Origin: the human T2T-CHM13v2.0 reference genome, Homo sapiens
DNA length: 64,000 nucleotides
Assembly: GCF_009914755.1 (NCBI RefSeq)
Contig: NC_060948.1
Reading direction: 5' to 3' (one strand)
The notes under the pieces were generated by a model that ran no database searches, was not told the DNA's origin, and saw only the letters and a list, made by a program, of their open reading frames with translations. Positions 58,082 to 64,000 of this stretch are shown in pieces. The number at the start of each line of letters is the position of its first letter. Positions within the stretch are counted from its first letter, which is position 1. The translations under genes and the position numbers were made by a program.

Positions 58082-60184
58082 AGATCCATATTTTTTAAAT
58101 GAAAAAAAATTTCAAAGGTACTCTGCTTGGTACAATAATCAAATGTATAAACTGAGGAATAAAACATAACCATGAAACCTACTTATAACTGCATATGGAA
58201 AATACAGAGGATAATTTTTTAAATAACATATTTTGAAAGCCTTAACTAGTAATTTGAAGAGTTGGCATTTGAAAGGCCAGTATGAATATACCTTCAAAGC
58301 AGCAACACAGGTTCCCCATGAGAAAAAGCAAACACAGGGAAAATAAAAACACAAAGGTTCAATCTCTTCTGACCTTTGAAAGACACAGCACAGACAGCGG
58401 TCCTTAGGACGAAGAGCAGGAGACCCCTAATTCCGTCACCATGGCGATAGGGCATAAACATTGCTGGGTGAGGGCACAATCCACATTGTGAGGTCCAACT
58501 GCTGCCAGGAAGACAGGAGTGCTTTTACATAGACCGAAAGGTCATTGAAGGCTCAGAGTTTTGTTTCAAGAACTGAATCCCAAGCCCACACGTTATTAGG
58601 CTGCGCTTCTTAAAACAAGTTATGAGATGGGAAAAAGGGCACCCACAAACATACGTATACATTATGTATAATAATATACAGTATCATATATATAATATAT
58701 ATAAACTATGTATAATATTGTTTTACATCCTGCATCTTATGTAATATATATTGTATAAAATATAATAATTGATAATATATAAGTTTTATATTTATACAAT
58801 ATGACATATAGTATATATTATAATTTATGACCTTTATAATATATGTTATATATCATATATAGAATATATTATACGGTTAATATACGTATTAAATATAAAT
58901 TATACATTATATATATTATATATAATATATCTGTTATATATAATACCCATTATGCATAATATATATATTATGTCTATGTTATATATAGTATAAAACAACA
59001 TATAATAATATATAATTGTATATATAAAATGCGACATAGAATATATATTATATTTTATAACATATGTAATATATATTATATATTATATATAATACGTTGT
59101 ATGTATAATACCTATATTAAATATATATTATATGACTATGTTATTAATTACATGTCACATGTGTTATATATTATATATTTTACATAGAATATACCGGTTA
59201 CATACAATATATACTATGTTACCTATAATGTATAATTTATTACATGTAAAATTAAGAATGCAATATATTATGTATAATTTATAATATACAATATGTGGAA
59301 TGTGATATATATAACATATAATATATGATATATGATATACAGTATATGATATATAACATACAATATATGATTCCTAATATATATGGTATACAATATATAT
59401 TTTATGATATGTATTCTATATGTTTTATATTCTGTTATATATAACTATTTGAAATTATATATAACTGTATAATATTTTATGTAAATATGTAATATAATAT
59501 ATATAAATATATAATATATTATATATAACTATATATTATGTTATATATACTTTTATAACATAATTTACATAAAATATCATAATATAATATATATTATATT
59601 ATTTCATATTACATAATATATATTACATATCACCCAATATAACTAACATACATAATATTATAATATAGATTATATTGTGTTATATTAAATATCATATATA
59701 TCATGTATCGTATATTCTATAATATATATTACACATTATATAATATGTATGTTGTCTATTATGTGATATATATAACTATATATATAATTATATTTTTATA
59801 CATATAACTAGATAAGCATGTAATTCTACATATTTTCATTTATAATATGTAGAATTATATAATCATATATAATTATTTATATTCTATAAAAAATTTTATC
59901 ATTATATAAATTATTATATATAAAAATTATAATATGTACTACAAATATATATATTTTATATCATATATGATATAGTACCTTTGTTATATATCATAATACA
60001 TATAAATGTGTATTATGTTATCTATAATTATATAATTTCATATATAAGATGTATAATATGTATCATATATTATATATGTTATGTAATATATATAGTATAT
60101 ATAAGATGACACAGGATAAATATTATATACTATGACATATAAAATATATGAGGTTATATGTTACATATAAGGCATAGCACATAA

Positions 60185-60499
<315 letters not shown>

Positions 60500-62627
60500 A
60501 GATCCATATTTTTTAAATGAAAAAAAATTTCAAAGGTACTCTGCTTGGTACAATAATCAAATGTATAAACTGAGGAATAAAACATAACCATGAAACCTAC
60601 TTATAACTTCATATGGAAAATACAGAGGATAATTTTTTAAATAACATATTTTGAAAGCCTTAACTAGTAATTTGAAGAGTTGGCATTTGAAAGGCCAGTA
60701 TGAATATACCTTCACAGCAGCAACACAGGTTCCCCATGAGAAAAAGCAAACACAGGGAAAATAAAAACACAAAGGTTCAATCTCTTCTGACCTTTGAAAG
60801 ACACAGCACAGACAGTGCTCCTTAGGACGAAGAGCAGGAGACCCCTAATTCCGTCACCATGGCGATAGGGCATAAACATTGCTGGGTGAGGGCACAATCC
60901 ACATTGTGAGGTCCAACTGCTGCCAGGAAGACAGGAGTGCTTTTACATAGACCGAAAGGTCATTGAAGGCTCAGAGTTTTGTTTCAAGAACTGAATCCCA
61001 AGCCCACACGTTATTAGGCTGCGCTTCTTAAAACAAGTTATGAGATGGGAAAAAGGGCACCCACAAACTTACGTATACATTATGTATATAATAATATACA
61101 GTATCATATATATAATATATATAACCTATGTATAATATTGTTTTACATCCTGCATGTTATGTTATATATATTGTATAAAATATAATAATTGATAATATAT
61201 AAGTTTTATATTTATACAATATGACATATAGTATATATTATAATTTATGACATATATAATATATGTTATATGTCATATATAGAATATATTATACGGTTAA
61301 TATACGTATTAAATATAAATTATACATTATATATATTATATATAATATATCTGTTATATATAATACCCATTATGCATAATATATATATTATGTCTATGTT
61401 ATATATAGTATAAAACAACATATAATAATATATAATTGTATATATAAAATGCGACATATAATATATATTATATTTTATAACATATGTAATATATATTATA
61501 TATTATATATAATACGTTGTATGTATAATACCTATATTAAATATATATTATATGACTATGTTATTAATTACATGTCACATGTGTTATATATTATATATTT
61601 TACATAGAATATACCGGTTACCTACAATATATACTATGTTACCTATAATGTATAATTTATTACATGTAAAATAAAGAATGCAATATATTATGTATAATTT
61701 ATAATATACAATATGTGGAATGTGATATATATAACCTATAATATATGATATATGATATACAGTATATGATATATAACATACAATATATGATTCCTAATAT
61801 ATATGGTATACAATATATATTTTATGATATGTATTCTATATGTTTTATATTCTGTTATATATAACTATTTGAAATTATATATAACTGTATAATATTTTAT
61901 GTAAATATGTAATATAATATATATAACTATATAATATATTATATATAACTATATATTATGTTATATATACTTTTATAACATAATTTACATAAAATATCAT
62001 AATATAATATATACTATATTATTTCATATTACATAATATATATTACATATCACCCAATATAACTAACATACATAATATTATAATATAGATTATATTATGT
62101 TATATTAAATATCATATATATCATGTATCATATATTCTATAATATATATTACACATTATATAATATGTATGTTGTCTATTATGTGATATATATAACTATA
62201 TATATAATTATATTTTTATACATATAACTAGATAAACATGTAATTCTACATATTTTCATTTATAATATGTAGAATTATATAATCATATATAATTATTTAT
62301 ATTCTATAAAAAATTTTATCATTATATAAATTATAATATATAAAAATTATAATATGTACTACAAATATATATATTATATATCATATATGCTATAGTACCT
62401 TTGTTATATATCATAATACATATAAATGTGTATTATGTTATCTATAATTATATAATTTCATATATAAGTTGTATAATATGTATCATATATTATATATGTT
62501 ATGTAATATATATAGTATATATAAGATGACACAGGATAAATATTATATACTATGACACATAAAATATATCAGGTTATATGTTACATATAAGGCATAGCAC
62601 ATAACATGTAATATATATCATATATAA

Positions 62628-62919
62628 TTTTTTTTTAGACAGAATCTTGTCCTGTTGCACAGGGTCGGGTACAATGGCGCCATGTTTGCTCACTGCAACT
62701 TCTGCCTCACGGGTCCAAGCGATTGTCCTCCCTCAGCCTCCCAGGTAGCTGGGACTACACCACACTGGGACTACACCAGCTGCCACCATGCCTAGCTAAT
62801 TATTTGGATTTTTAGTAGTGACAGCGTTTCACTGTATTGGCCAGGATGGTCTTGATCTCTTCACCTTGTGATCCCCTTGCCTTGGCCTCCAAATTTGCTG
62901 GGATTACAGGCCTGAGCCA
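62628..62919 (-). mobile_element. Diverged Alu (type B)
   Basis: Same motifs. Confidence 0.93.
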
Positions 62920-63498
62920 AGATCCATATTTTTTAAATGAAAAAAAATTTCAAAGGTACTCTGCTTGGTACAATAATCAAATGTATAAACTGAGGAATAA
63001 AACATAACCATGAAACCTACTTATAACTGCATATGGAAAATACAGAGGATAATTTTTTAAATAACATATTTTGAAAGCCTTAACTAGTAATTTGAAGAGC
63101 TGGCATTTGAAAGGCCGGTATGAATATACCTTCAAAGCAGCAACACAGGTTCCCCATGAGAAAAAGCAAACACAGGGAAAATAAAAACACAAAGGTTCAA
63201 TCTCTTCTGACCTTTGAAAGACACAGCACAGACAGTGGTCCTTAGGACGAAGAGCAGGAGACCCCTAATTCCGTCACCATGGCGATAGGGCATAAACATT
63301 GCTGGGTGAGGGCACAATCCACATTGTGAGGTCCAACTGCTGCCAGGAAGACAGGAGTGCTTTTACATAGACCGAAAGGTCATTGAAGGCTCAGAGTTTT
63401 GTTTCAAGAACTGAATCCCAAGCCCACACGTTATTAGGCTGCGCTTCTTAAAACAAGTTATGAGATGGGAAAAAGGGCACCCACAAACATACGTATAC
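62920..63498. repeat. HSATI segment, last unit
   Basis: Copy of 62-640. Confidence 0.75.
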
Positions 63499-64000
63499 AT
63501 TATGTATATAATAATATACAGTATCATATATATAATATATATAACCTATGTATAATATTGTTTCACATCCTGCATCTTATGTTATATATATTGTATAAAA
63601 TATAATAATTGATAATATATAAGTTTTATAATTATACAATATGACATATAGTATATATTATAAATTATGACATATATAATATATGTTATATGTCATATAT
63701 AGAATATATTATACGGTTAATATACGTATTAAATATAAATTATACATTATATATATTATATATAATATATCTGTTATATATAATACACATTATGCATAAT
63801 ATATATATTATGTCTATGTTATATATAGTATAAAACAACATATAATAATATATAATTGTATATATAAAATGCGACATATAATATATATTTTATTTTATAA
63901 CATATGTAATATATATTATATATTATATATAATACGTTGTATGTATAATAACTATATTAAATATATGTTATATGACTGTGTTATTAATTACATGTCACAT
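63499..64000. repeat. AT-rich domain, last unit (cut by window edge)
   Basis: Copy of the first ~500 bp of 641-2185. Confidence 0.9.

Overview
The whole 64 kb is one uninterrupted head-to-tail tandem array of about 26.5 copies of a ~2.42-kb unit. Periods read from the repeating ORF/motif anchor range from 2411 to 2422 bp, with 2420 the most common. Each unit has three parts: a ~292-bp, heavily diverged, minus-strand Alu; a ~570-bp moderately GC 'HSATI' segment; and a ~1.55-kb extremely AT-rich degenerate (TA)n domain. This architecture, plus a predicted ~2.14-kb HaeIII fragment per unit, matches the known human satellite DYZ2/HSat1B, most likely from Yq12 heterochromatin (smaller HSat1B arrays also exist on acrocentric short arms). 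I found no credible protein-coding genes, RNA genes, CRISPR arrays or other novel gene system; all listed ORFs are artefacts of the repeat. The interesting signal is in the unit-to-unit variants: two haplotype families in alternating blocks, chimeric units, an in-register 3-unit block whose two ends fall in the same 36-bp interval, recurring multi-unit cassettes, a fixed 16-bp duplication inside the Alu, and an apparent excess of CpG gain over loss. All variant calls were made by eye and need an alignment to confirm.
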